64,000 bases of DNA from Eledone cirrhosa (Eukaryota), in contig OZ024743.1 in NCBI GenBank assembly GCA_964016885.1, forward strand, positions 126,294,001 through 126,358,000, in the 5' to 3' direction. This document shows, one piece after another, positions 1 through 10,844 of this stretch. The first letter of the stretch is position 1. Each line of letters starts with the position of its first letter. The notes below the pieces were generated by a model. That model ran no database searches. It was given only the letters and a program-made list of their open reading frames with translations, and was not told the DNA's origin. The translations under genes and the position numbers were made by a program.

Positions 1-77
1 AGTCCTACAAACTGTAGAGTGCTTCTTGTCTGATATCTGCATTGCTTTATTGTACTACAATAAAACTCACCTCCTAC

Positions 78-112
<35 letters not shown>

Positions 113-524
113 TATACATATATATATACATATACACACATATATATATAACGTGTGTGTATGTGTGTGTGTGCAATGTATATTAGCAATCAATGTACTC
201 ATCAACGAGAAAACCAATAAATGAACGAACTTGATAAACCTACTTTGAGATATTTATTCCACTCTAGCTGACATTGGGAATGTAACAAACCAAAGATTGT
301 TCTGCTGTAAACACGTAACCACTAACAGTGTTGGTGTTGTTGTTGGACCTCCATTGGTTCTGATGCTGTGTGTTCCAGTTGTTTCAATAGTGGAATAGCA
401 TGCTTGCAAAATTAACATGCAGGCAGTGGAGCATTCCTCAGCCATGAGTACACATAACAGTTATCAGGGAAGTTCAGCATGACACAGTGTGTAGTGGGGT
501 TGTCTGTTTGAATTAGAGATATAT

Positions 525-663
525 CTTCAGCTTTTCCAGTTGAATGAACTGGTGCAATGTGAAATAATGTGTCTTGCTCAATGATACAATGTGCTGTCAG
601 GAATGAACTCAGGATCTTATGACTGTGAGCCAAACACCCTTAACCACTAAGCCATACACCTCC
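525..663 (-). mobile_element. tRNA-derived SINE head plus CORE-like block (old copy of the RTE-tailed SINE family)
   Basis: Minus strand reads GGAGGTGTATGGCTTAGTGGTTAAGG (A box)...GAGTTCATTCC (B box)...TTGAGCAAGACACATTATTTCAC, homologous to 49014-49150. Confidence 0.7.
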
Positions 664-1500
664 ACAACTACTGTCACTATTGTTCACAAAATGCACAACA
701 AAATAGAAAATGAGTAAAATAAGTGCCACCTATCCTCCTTAACATCATCATTCTCTGTAGCTGGTTTAGATTCAGTTTTCCAAGTTGACATGTGTTAGAT
801 GAAGACCAGAGCTTATCTCTGTTTTATGTGGTGTTAAATGGGAAAGGGTACAAGACTACTTTCCTGGACTAAGCACCAGTTTTCCACTTATTTAACCACC
901 CCAGCTGCTGGCGATATTACTTTTTCACTTGAATGGACTAGAGCACCATGAAATGGTGTTTTGCTCGTAGGACACAACATGCCAGGGTTGGAGCTCGAAC
1001 CTAGGACCTTATGATCAAAAGTATGTATGTATGGACCCATAACACCAAGTGGAGTTGTAGGGGTGCCATATAATATACAGCTTGTTTTGGGCATTTAAAC
1101 CTAGTAGAGGTCACCCCTCTATAAGTCTGAACACACACAGCTAATTTCTTCCAGAGGAGAGATAGAAAGAGTGATAGAGAGGAAATGAGAAAGAGATACA
1201 GATGAAGAATCTACCTTCATACTGGAGAGTTAAAAGTTAAAGTCTATCCCAAAACCCAAAGGCTCATCAAGGTGGTGCTTATCCTTGTTTCATTAGCATT
1301 AGATCCACTCTAACTGCTGCTTATACTCATTTACAGCTGAATGAACTGGAACAACAGGATGCATCTTGCTCAAGGCCTCACTATGCTACTGGGAGCAGTG
1401 ATTAAATTCATAACTTTATGATTGTAAAACAAACCACCCATTCGCTCATCCTCAACATTAGAAAATACATTAAATGGGAGAATGAGTGACAGGGAGGGAG

Positions 1501-1539
<39 letters not shown>

Positions 1540-1775
1540 GAGTGGGTGTAAGAGATGGGGAGAAAGGTAGATAGTGATAAATAGCTAGGCAGTCAGACAG
1601 ATATATATATAGAGATAGAGAGAGAAAGAAATATATTATCATGAAATAATAATTTATCAAGGAAGTATATTTTATCCTCATTCTCTTATTTTTGTCTTAT
1701 TAAGTGTTCACATTCCACACTTCTCATAACCAAGCAGATATTATGATATTGAACAGAAAGGTTGGGAAGACTTAC

Positions 1776-1868
1776 CAGGGTAATCTTCAGAAACATTAAA
1801 AATGAAGCTTTTCTCTTCATTATTTTCGATCAACTTAAAGCTGAGGGAATTTCCATCAACTTGAAAGT
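1776..1868 (-). CDS. Internal coding exon of an unidentified host gene (phase 1-1): xFQVDGNSLSFKLIENNEEKSFIFNVSEDYPx
   Basis: Strong acceptor tttatcttgtttcttgcAG and donor CTG|GTAAGT; 93 bp; only one of the three frames is open; unique sequence. The product cannot be named. Confidence 0.55.
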
Positions 1869-2521
1869 CTGCAAGAAACAAGATAAATACTCCAATCATC
1901 ATCATCATCATCATCATAATATATATATATATACATACAGGTATTCAGTTGTGGGTATGTGGGAACAAACGATAAAATATAAAAGCAGTGGACACAATGT
2001 GGAGGTTAGGTATTTAAATTTGTAGCAAGCAATGGCACTACCATATCGTGGCAGAATGATTGGGTCGTACTTTGTCACTCGCCAGCCCTTAGGCTTGGCA
2101 GTATATGAATACCAAAAAGTCAACTTCCGCCCAGTAGTTGCTTCGCGCCTTTCTTTTCACTTCTAAATAGTTGCAGCTTCATTTTTGTACAAACAGGACG
2201 TTACTAAATTCATTCCCTGGAGCAACTGGCAAGATGAAACATTTACCAAGGAACTTTGGCTCTCTTGGCAAGGCCCAGCAACATCCTACCTAGATATATG
2301 CCACAATGGCGTCTAACATTCTATTGTAATATATTACGGAGAAAAATAAATCCTTTGTTATATTTCCTTGCTGTGCTTACCTATTTGATCCTTTCCTCAC
2401 CATGAAACTCTAAACACGCAGCCTTATAACCTAATCTTCATTAAGGATCCTTCTCGCAACCAAACAACTTATATCTGCTAAAAATTTAACAGCTAAGCAG
2501 TTTCAAGATGAAAACACATCG

Positions 2522-2726
2522 ATGAGAATTGGCTGAGAAGCTCGTAGGCTGACCAAGATACTCTCATGGAATGACTAAATGAGGTTTATTTTTCAACATA
2601 GTCCACACATGGAAAGAAACAATGCAGTTATTAATAAGTAGAGTTGAAATTAATGCACACAAGATTTTGCGACTCTAGCATCACTTCTTCATAATCAGTC
2701 TATGAACTTTTCAACTCACTCTCATA
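2522..2726. mobile_element. Degenerate Tc1/mariner-type MITE
   Basis: Imperfect terminal inverted repeats ATGAGAATTGGCTGAGAAGCTCGTAGGCTGA ... TCAGTCTATGAACTTTTCAACTCACTCTCAT. Confidence 0.55.
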
Positions 2727-2898
2727 AATCAGCATGTGTTTTTCTTTTCTCAAATGAACTTGATGTACTTTTATTTTGAAACCACTTGTATTGTGGAGTT
2801 AAGTCAGTGTGCATATATATATATATACATATAAACTGTTATATATATATATAGTGACGAAACATAAGTCAATTGCATGAACTCATAATCCTTTATTT

Positions 2899-2954
2899 AC
2901 TGCTATATATATTTCGATGATAGCCATTGAATGGCTATGACCTCATCAGGTAGT
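2899..2954 (-). ncRNA. Minimal type I hammerhead ribozyme with intact catalytic core
   Basis: Minus strand ACTAC-CTGATGA-GGTCATAGCCAT-TCA-ATGGCTATCATC-GAAA-TATATA-TA|GCAGT. Stem II pairs 11 of 12, stem III is a palindromic AU stretch, stem I pairs 4 of 5. Confidence 0.75.
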
Positions 2955-3014
2955 TAGTCAGTTCTTAGATATGCCAGCTCTGTGTTTATAGTGTTGATGG
3001 TATCAGAGCCTTAT

Positions 3015-3280
3015 AGATGTGTGCAGGAGAGAAGACTGTATTGGTATGGACATGTAATGCACACGGTCAGTGATTGCTGGGTGAAGAGGTACCAAAATCC
3101 CAGTGGAAGGAAGCTACACTAGAGGTAGACCAAGAAAGACCTGGGTAGAGGTTGTGAGAGCTGACCTGAAATCACTGAGACTCACAGAGGAGATGACAAA
3201 GGAACGCGATGAGTGGACAGGGGCTATACTGAGAAGGACCCATCCAACCAATGCAAACATGGAAAAACACGTAAAAACGT
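3015..3280 (+). mobile_element. RTE-clade LINE 3' fragment
   Basis: Encodes ERRLYWYGHV...RGRPRKTW; ends in a CCAATGCAAACATGG...ACGT tail. Confidence 0.8.
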
Positions 3281-3404
3281 TATATATATATTAACCTTCA
3301 GTACGCTGTTGGCAACAAATTGCGACAAGAGAGTAATCTCCCCTTAATACATAATGCAGTGTCAAGGAAAGCAACTCATTAAAAAATTCAGCATTCTAAA
3401 GATT

Positions 3405-3751
3405 AAGAAAGAGAGATTGAAGTTTCAGTTCAACATATTTTATTCACAATCATGTGTAACATGTGTTTCGCAAATAACCAACTTGCAGCTTTAGTTACAA
3501 TCAGCTCAAATCTAGGATTGGTTTGCTTGTCAGGAAAAAATTGAGATTAGAATCAGAGGATGATTTGCTTGTTAGATGCAATGGTGATTAGAATGAGATC
3601 TGATTCTAATCTTCATTTTTGTATGATGAGCATATTGATCCAAGAGCTGAGATGATTGTAACCATTTAAAGCTCAGATGATCATTTGCAAAATACATCAC
3701 ATATAATTACAAATGAAATATGTTGAACTGAAACTTCAATCTCTCTTTCTT
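3405..3751. repeat. Foldback/MITE-like inverted repeat of about 350 bp
   Basis: 3405-3440 is the exact reverse complement of 3716-3751 (36 bp); inner arms pair imperfectly, e.g. GATTAGAATCAGA/TCTGATTCTAATC. Confidence 0.85.
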
Positions 3752-4639
3752 CATATAAACAGATGTCGGTATTAATCCCCACTTTTAATACTGAATATCC
3801 AATTCATGTAAAAGCACTTAGTGCTGAAACAGGTACTACCTGTAGTAGTTAGCATTATTCACCAACTGGCTATATATGTGGCCAAGTGTATTTAGTTTAG
3901 AATGGGTACACAATATCCCTGTATGCCGTAAGAAGCAATTAAAAGAGTTAGTGTCAGGAAGGGTATCCGGCTGTAAAATATTTCCTCAAAAAATCCCATT
4001 TAACCCATGGCGGCATAAAAGAGTTGACATGATAATAATTGTTTCTACTTTTAGCACAAGACTAGCAATTACCCTAGTGCATTACTGGTACTTTATTTTA
4101 TTGACCCCCATAATGATATATATTTATATATATTCCATTTCTCTCCTTTGTCTAAGCCCTTGCACACAATTCTCTCCCTTTTTCATCCACCCCTCTAATA
4201 CTTCGGCCAATTTGTAGTGGTGTGTCAATGAATGTGTCAGAAATCTGATCCTTTTATTTACTCAACCATTTTATCACATATCAAACAGAAAAATTGACCA
4301 AAACACATATTTAAACCTTTTGTTACCATATTTCAAATAAAACTGCCAAGACATTGGAGAGGTTTAATAATATAACTAATGTTGTCATTAGGAAGCTGGT
4401 ATTTTGAACATAACATCATAAAATTATGATGAAAACTGTTTTTAGAGAGATATAAACACTTTAAAAGAAAGTGTTTTGTATTATAAAATATATGGCAAGA
4501 CATTTTGTTTGCTACTCAAATGACTCTACCAAGAGTTTAATACCATGAAACCACAGCAGTTTGCACATACTACACAAGACATTTCTCAAAGGTAGGTAAT
4601 GTAAATAGAATTCTATGGTTTAAATAAAGCTCATTCATA

Positions 4640-5280
4640 TGAGGTTGCATCAGGTTCTAGAATATCCTCCTGATATTCTAGAATGCACCCACAACATTAA
4701 TATCCTAGATTATTGGATAATCTGTTTCTAATCAGGCCAGGAACACCACAGGCTGTAACATGTCTTCACCTCCAGCCTTGTTGCTTTGGCTACAAACCTG
4801 GGCACTGTCACTTATAATGGTTTCTAATTTAGGCACAAGGCCAACAATTTGAAGGGAGGCAAAAGTCAATTAAATCAACCCTAGTGCATTATTAGTGCGT
4901 TATTTTATTAACCCTGTAAGGACGAAAGGCAAAGCTAACTGCAGCAGGATTTGAACTCAGAACATAAAGAGCCATAACTCTATGCTGTGAAGCATGGTGT
5001 CCAACACAGCCAAATACCAGAACTTAACTGACTGCTTCCTTTATGAGCTGGTTGCTGTCGAGACATTGAGTATCCTCAGATTGCCATTTTCCTTCGCAAA
5101 CTTAGGAGTGTATTCTACCTGTTGAAGGGACCCCATGAGGTGGAATGGCTGATACAGCAGATGTTACTAGCTGTTCTTCTTGATAATGTTTTTCCAATTT
5201 TGTCCATAGGGCGCAACTGAGATATACTTCCAGACTAGGGTATAGAGTCTGCTGCTCCCTCCCCATCCTCTTGCTTTCAT
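4640..5280 (+). mobile_element. Decayed CRE-like non-LTR retrotransposon C-terminus (restriction-like endonuclease region), split by a SINE at about 4815-5008
   Basis: Frameshifted translation AKYQNLTDCFLYELVAVETL...PHEVEWLIQQMLLAVLLDNVFPILS resembles the KY..L....F.PVAVETLG / FLFQRLSLAIQRGNA.SIL motifs. Confidence 0.55.
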
Positions 5281-5335
5281 CATTTTTTTTTTTATTGTAA
5301 ACATTATATAACCTAATTAAAATGTCATTAATAAT

Positions 5336-5463
5336 TATTTCTACTTTTGGCACAAGGCCAGCAATTATCCCAGTGCATTACTGGTACTTTATTTTATCGA
5401 CCCCATAAGGATGAAAGGCAAAGTTAACCTCGGCGGGATTTGAACTCAGACCATAAAGGGCCG
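5336..5463 (-). mobile_element. 5'-truncated Nin/Deu-domain SINE with 18-bp TSD
   Basis: Contains the GCCTTTCATCCTTATGGGGTCGATAAAATAAAGTACCAG core; TSD TAAAATGTCATTAATAAT at 5318-5335 and 5464-5481. Confidence 0.85.
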
Positions 5464-5706
5464 TAAAATGTCATTAATAATATATGATAACCATAAGGAG
5501 CAGGCATTGGTGGTAATATAACCATAATTTACAGAAAGAAAGTAAACAGAGAAAAGAAAAAGAACTCTTTCATTACTAAGGACTCCTTTTATTTAAATAA
5601 ATTTCTCCACATACCCCTGCTACAATTACCCCCCTCGCAAATTGTTACACAAAGACAATAGCAATCAATATTTATACTTTGGCATTTGTATATCATGTTT
5701 GTAACT

Positions 5707-5903
5707 ACCATATATACTCAAATATAAACAGGAATATGTAACCAAAAAATCGATGGTAAAATAGGGGAGGGGGTCGGCTTATATACGCCATCTAAACAAT
5801 GTGTTGATTGGCTGCCTCAGCTTATAAATGCCATTTGGATTATTGCTCATTTCTCAGGCATAAAATTGTGGTAAGGGTTGGCTTATATTCTAATGCATAC
5901 AGT
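5707..5903. mobile_element. pogo/Tigger-like MITE (degenerate)
   Basis: Termini TACCATATATACTCAAATATAA ... GGCTTATATTCTAATGCATACAGTA with an internal GGTCGGCTTATAT subterminal motif. Confidence 0.5.
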
Positions 5904-6289
5904 AAGTACTGTCAATTTTTGAACTCGGCTCACAGACCATCCAATAGTACTTTTACTGACACCAGCTTGGAAACTACTGTCATAGATTTTACCATATATT
6001 AATTTGAACTACACTGCCACACCTTCCAACAAAAAAGGGTAATGACTAAATTATGTCTCTCTAATTGAATCATGGACTAATTGCACCAACCACAAACAGA
6101 GCCCTAATGTAAACTGTAGTATGTTTACTACGGAAATGGAAATGAAATAAAGTTCTTTCTATTGAAACAGCTCTCCAAACACAAATAACATTGGAGCAAT
6201 AGAGAAATAAAGCAGAAAAATACATGAAACAAACAAACGTAATATTTTCTACATAAAACAAACAATTAACACAATTACTGACTTAAACA

Positions 6290-6740
6290 TCATCATCAGC
6301 AGCATCACCACCATTTAACGTTAATTTTTCTATGTTTGTATGGGCTAGATGGGTTGTCAATATTATGAGACAAATCTCGCGAGCTGGCTGTGCCGCACCT
6401 TGCTCAAATGGAACTGTATTTTGGCTGGGTTTTTACAGCTGTTGGATGTCCTTCCTAACACCAACCATGTTTACAATGTGGAACTGGGTGGCATTATTGT
6501 GAAACAAGTCTGGCCGGTTGGTTGTGTCGTACCTTGTTCAAACAGGACTGTATTTTGGTTAGGATTTTTACAGCTGGATGTCCTTCCTAACACTAACCAT
6601 ATTTACAGTGGGGAGCTGGATGGTCCTCTTATGGTCGCACTGTACCTTGCACAAATCAGGACTGTGTGTTTGTTGGGTTTTTACAGCTGCTGAATGCCCT
6701 TCTTAACACCAACCACGTTTACATTGTGGATGGCACACTG
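6290..6740 (-). mobile_element. RTE-type 3' tail with three diverged internal copies of the GGTTGGTGTTAGGAAGG(G/A)CATCCAGCTGTA block
   Basis: (CAT)n at the left end; the block recurs near 6435, 6570 and 6685. Confidence 0.65.
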
Positions 6741-6760
6741 GGTGGCACCGTTATGGGGAG

Positions 6761-6800
6761 TATCTTAATATTTTGGATGCTAATCCTTCATCAGAAAATA
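6761..6800 (-). ncRNA. Degenerate minimal hammerhead (G12->A)
   Basis: Minus strand TATTTT-CTGATGA-A-GGAT-TAGC-ATCC-AAAA-TATT|AAGATA; 6-bp stem I and 4-bp stem II; GAAA is mutated at a CpG. Confidence 0.6.
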
Positions 6801-7093
6801 GAATGCAAAACTAAATATGAAATAGAAAGGTAGAGGAAAGTGAGCAGGAGTAAAAACAAAATTATTTCTTCAAGAAAAAACAGGTCTGTTCATTTCACCA
6901 TAAAATATTTGTATGTGAATATGTATATCTCCTCACAACTTTAATTTACCTTCCTTATCCAACCCATGTCAGCATAGAAAGGCAAGCACTCCTCACAATA
7001 TACTGCCAAATGCAACTTACTTTCTTCAAAGCCACATCTATGGCCCAACACATTCTCTCCTACCTGCTATTCCCATCAATGCCTCCCCAGTGC

Positions 7094-7369
7094 CATGATA
7101 ACAAGCACTCAGTCCACCCTGTAAGGTGGTAGTGCTAGTTTCATGATAAAAAGCACTCAGTCCACCCTGTCAGGTGGTAGTGCTAGTTTCATGATAACAA
7201 GCACCCAGTCCACCCTGTCAGGTGGTAGTGCTAGTTTCATGATAACAAGCACTCAGTCCACCCTGTCAGGTGGTAGTGCTAGTTTCATGATAACAAGCAC
7301 TCAGTCCACCCTGTCAGGTGGTAGTGCTAGTGCCATGATAAAAAGCAACCAGTCCACCCTGTCAGGTGA
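7094..7369. repeat. 48-bp minisatellite, about 6 copies
   Basis: Unit ATGATAACAAGCACTCAGTCCACCCTGTCAGGTGGTAGTGCTAGTTTC. Confidence 0.95.
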
Positions 7370-7399
7370 TCGTACTGGAGTCACAATAAAATACTTCCA

Positions 7400-8060
7400 A
7401 TACATGATGACCTTGCTAGCTGCGACCACATGTTCTACTTTAGCAGTTTTAACACTAGTTGCAAGCTTACATGCATCAAAGAGAACATCTGGTCTGTTTT
7501 GCTTTGATCTCAAAGTCTGCTCTTCAGTATCATTGAAAGGTTCATCTTCCATTGATCCTCTTGTTCTATGAATATTGATGAAACTTATATTGTCAATATA
7601 TTTTTGTTGTGTTATTGTAAATTGTTCATAACCATGTCTAAGTTTCATGCTCACAAGACAGGCAAAAATTCCTTTGGTGTTGCCTTCATTGTCAAGCCAG
7701 TAGAACACAGCAGGATCCACTTTTGAAGCCTTAGCTCCTAGATCAAACATGACTGCTTTGACTCTTTGATACCAATGTAGGTTTTCAATATATTTATCTA
7801 ACCATAGTGCAACCTGTATCCATTACTGCAGCACAACCAAATTCTTCTGTCATTAGAATTTCATTTCCTTTCATTAGTTTCTTGGTAAACAATGTCAGAT
7901 TAGATTGTTCTGTTGCTCAACTGTCTGTCAATTTCATCTCTTCCTTGTGAGGACATTCTTTTGTCCAGTGAAAAGTTGAATGACATATAGTTCAGTGAGT
8001 TCTTTTCCCAAATTTATTCATAGGATTAGTTCCCTTTTCAGTCTGATAGTTATATCTTGA
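7400..8060 (-). mobile_element. Internally deleted Ty1/copia pol remnant
   Basis: Protease-like AAVMDTGCT near 7806-7832, then RT-like WYQRVK...SKVDPAVFYW...QQKYIDNI...RPDVLFDACKL. Confidence 0.7.
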
Positions 8061-8083
8061 CCTACCACTCCTTCTCATTTGGT

Positions 8084-8290
8084 GGCTCAGGATTGGTGGG
8101 GTACCTGAGTCACGCCTGGGGGGTTATGCCCCCTGTTAGGGAATGTAATTTGTTATAATTTTATTGTCATTTTGTTATTTATATTGTTTATACATTGTTA
8201 TATGTAAACCCCCACAGTCCCAGTCTTTGTATTGTCTCTTATATGTCGGCCCTTGTAGCCAATAAATGAAACAATTATTATTATTATTAT
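8084..8290 (+). mobile_element. 3' UTR fragment of a Tx1-like LINE ending in (TTA)n
   Basis: Similar to 9830-9963, which follows the Tx1 ORF; ends CCCTTGTAGCCAATAAATGAAACAATTATTATT. Confidence 0.6.
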
Positions 8291-8292
8291 TA

Positions 8293-8788
8293 CAGTGGCT
8301 TGGCAGTATCAGTAGAGTGTCGGACGCCATGCTTTGCAGCCTAGAGTTACGGCCCTTTATGGTCTGAGTTCAAATCCCGCCGAGGTTAACTTTGCCTTTC
8401 ACCCTTATGGGGTCGATAAAATAAAGCACCAGTAACGTACTGGGGTCGATTTAATCGACTTTTCCCTCCCACGAAATTGCTGGCCATGTGCCTATACTAG
8501 AAATCATTATTATAATTATTATTATCTTGTGGCCAATAAAGAAATCAAATCATAATTATTATTATTATTATTATTATTAATATTAGGGCGGTGGATTGGC
8601 AGTATCAGTAGAAGGGCGGACGCCATGCTTTGATGCATAGAGTTACGGCCCTTGCCATTCTGAGTTCAAATCCCGCCGAGGCTAACTTTGCCTTTCATCC
8701 TTATGGGGTTGATAAAATAAATACCAGTAATGTACTGAGTAATTGCTGGCCTTATGCCTAAAGTAGAAACAATTATTATTATTATTAT
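8293..8788 (+). mobile_element. Two tandem Nin/Deu-domain tRNA-SINEs (about 8293-8515 and 8585-8788) separated by a Tx1 tail stub and (TTA)n
   Basis: Each has A box TGGCAGTATCAG, B box GAGTTCAAATCC, the GCCTTTCA(C/T)CCTTATGGGGT core and a (TTA)n tail. Confidence 0.85.
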
Positions 8789-9963
8789 GTGCTGAATCTC
8801 TCGAGACTGGAGTGGACAAATCAACCAAGACCACAGTGGCAGAAGAGAAATCACTATCCCTGATTGGCATTCCTGAGGGCGGCTGGCTTTGGGCCTGTCT
8901 TCAAAGGCTGGAATGTTGCCATGCACAGCGACATCTGCTCTGTGGTGAGAGTGAACGGTTACCTTTCGGAATCGCTCAACATCATGTGCTCGGTCCGCCA
9001 ACGATGTCCCTTCTCATCCCTGTTGTACGTATTGACTCTCGAGCCATTACTGCACAAACTGGAGATGAGGGGGGTCCCGCGCAAACTGGGATGCGGAAAA
9101 CCATGTCAGAATATGCAGACAAAGTCACCGTAGTGGTGTTGAACGCCAAACACATTGAGGCGATCGGCACCACACTAAGAGAATACGAGGTGGTGACAGA
9201 AGCAATGAGCAACCAGGAAAAGTTGGTGGGCCTGTAGCTCAGCACCTGGAGAGGCAGGCCCATGCCATCCAACAGCGTCGTCAGGCACTGGACAGATGGG
9301 CTGGTTAAATTGCTAGGGGTCTGGTTTGGTCTGGACCTCCAGACGGACAAAAACTGGGACGAGGTGACGAGCAGTGTGGGCTCTCTCACCTAGAAGTGGG
9401 CCAAGAGGAAACTATCCCTGAAAGGTCGAGTGGAGGTGGCGAATGCGTACATAGCATCCGTCATCTACTACCGCCTGACCGTTGTGCCTGATTGCACTGG
9501 AGCATTTGCTCTTTTGCTTTTTGTGGAAGGGATGTGCGCTGATGGTCAGGCGGTCCATCTGCTGTCAACACCCGCTATGCGGAGGACTGGGCATACCGTC
9601 GGTGATGATGTGCAGACATGCACTCAGGCTACGGCATCCCCACCTCTTCCTCGACAGTGATCAGGTGTAGTTGTGCTTTGCTATACGCATGTTTCCCCAG
9701 CTCGTGTGAATGGCCCTGAGCATGTGCCTGTAGCATCGTAAGAGGATAACTGGAAAAGGGCACTTGCCCTAGCTGTCAGGGTAACTGTGGCTTTTTTTGT
9801 GGGCTTTCTCCATGAGCGATGCTCGGAAGTCTCTACCCTATTGGGGAATTTTTAATGATTTTTTTTTTTTACACGTAGAAATGTCCATTTGTACCGTCCT
9901 GTATTGTCCTGTGTTGTCCTTAATGTTATACTTTGTGTCAACCCTTGTGGTTAATAAAGAAAG
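8789..9963 (+). mobile_element. Tx1-like (L1 group) LINE fragment, RT domains to 3' end
   Basis: VRVNGYLSE...SVRQRCPFSSLLYVLTLEPLL, YADKVT, VKLLGVWFG, LSLKGRVEVAN, GGLGIP, with stops and frameshifts. Confidence 0.85.
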
Positions 9964-9965
9964 CA

Positions 9966-10168
9966 TGGGCGATTAGCAGTATCGGTAGAGGGTCGGACAT
10001 AATGCTTTGACGCATAGAGTTACGGCCCTTTTCATTCTGAGTTCAAATCCCGCCGAGGTCAACTTTGCCTTTCATCCTTACAGGGTCGATAAAGTAAAGT
10101 ACCAGTAATGCACTGGGTAATTGCTGGCCTTGTGCCAAAAGTAGAAACAATTATTATTATTATTATTA
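9966..10168 (+). mobile_element. Nin/Deu-domain tRNA-SINE
   Basis: Same family as 8585-8788; (TTA)n tail. Confidence 0.85.
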
Positions 10169-10427
10169 TAAAGGCAACAGATGAGGAAGACAATAGTATT
10201 TCCCTAGATAAAAGTCCAGTGGGAGTGGGACAGCAAAATAAAATAAATAAAAAAAGCAATGTTTACATATTCTGTTTATTAATGAAGAATCTAATGGAGT
10301 GAATGGATTAACAAACATTGCTTTAAAAGGTAGGTGATAATTAACTGAAACTATGATAAAAGCCACATGTATTACAACGATTGTTGATTATCTTAGCAGC
10401 AACGCATAAAGAGCTTTAGATTCTTAA

Positions 10428-10633
10428 CCCTTTCATTACCACATTTCTTATGAAAGGCATTACCTTTAATCTTAAATAATATAGTTATAGAGCTAACTTT
10501 CTCACTATAATTATGGTATTTGGAACTTACTAAAAATTATGATGGAAGATTTTCAGATAAATACAAATGCTATAGAATAAAGTTTTCTGATGTAGAACCA
10601 AAGAGAGTTTTGAGTGGTTTGCTATCAAAAGGG
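10428..10633. mobile_element. TTAA-flanked piggyBac-like MITE (family also near 4315, 24270 and 61868)
   Basis: TTAA|CCCTTT...AAAGGG|TTAA. Confidence 0.65.
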
Positions 10634-10844
10634 TTAATATTCGAGGTACCTTTCTGTGTGTAACACTGACACCATCATAAACAATAAAGAGAAAATTTGC
10701 AATAAAATCCTTATTATCATTATCATCATTATTTTTATATCTGTTTTTCCATGCTGGTATGGGTTCAACGAGAGTTTTTGAGGTAGTATTCTATGGCCAT
10801 ATGTCTTTCCTGGTGCCAACCTTTACTTGTTTTTTTAAGTAATG

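Noticed and set aside
2381-2477. Minus-strand exon with AG|GTAAGC donor
   Set aside because: All frames are closed and its phase does not fit the 1776-1868 exon; a UTR exon cannot be excluded.
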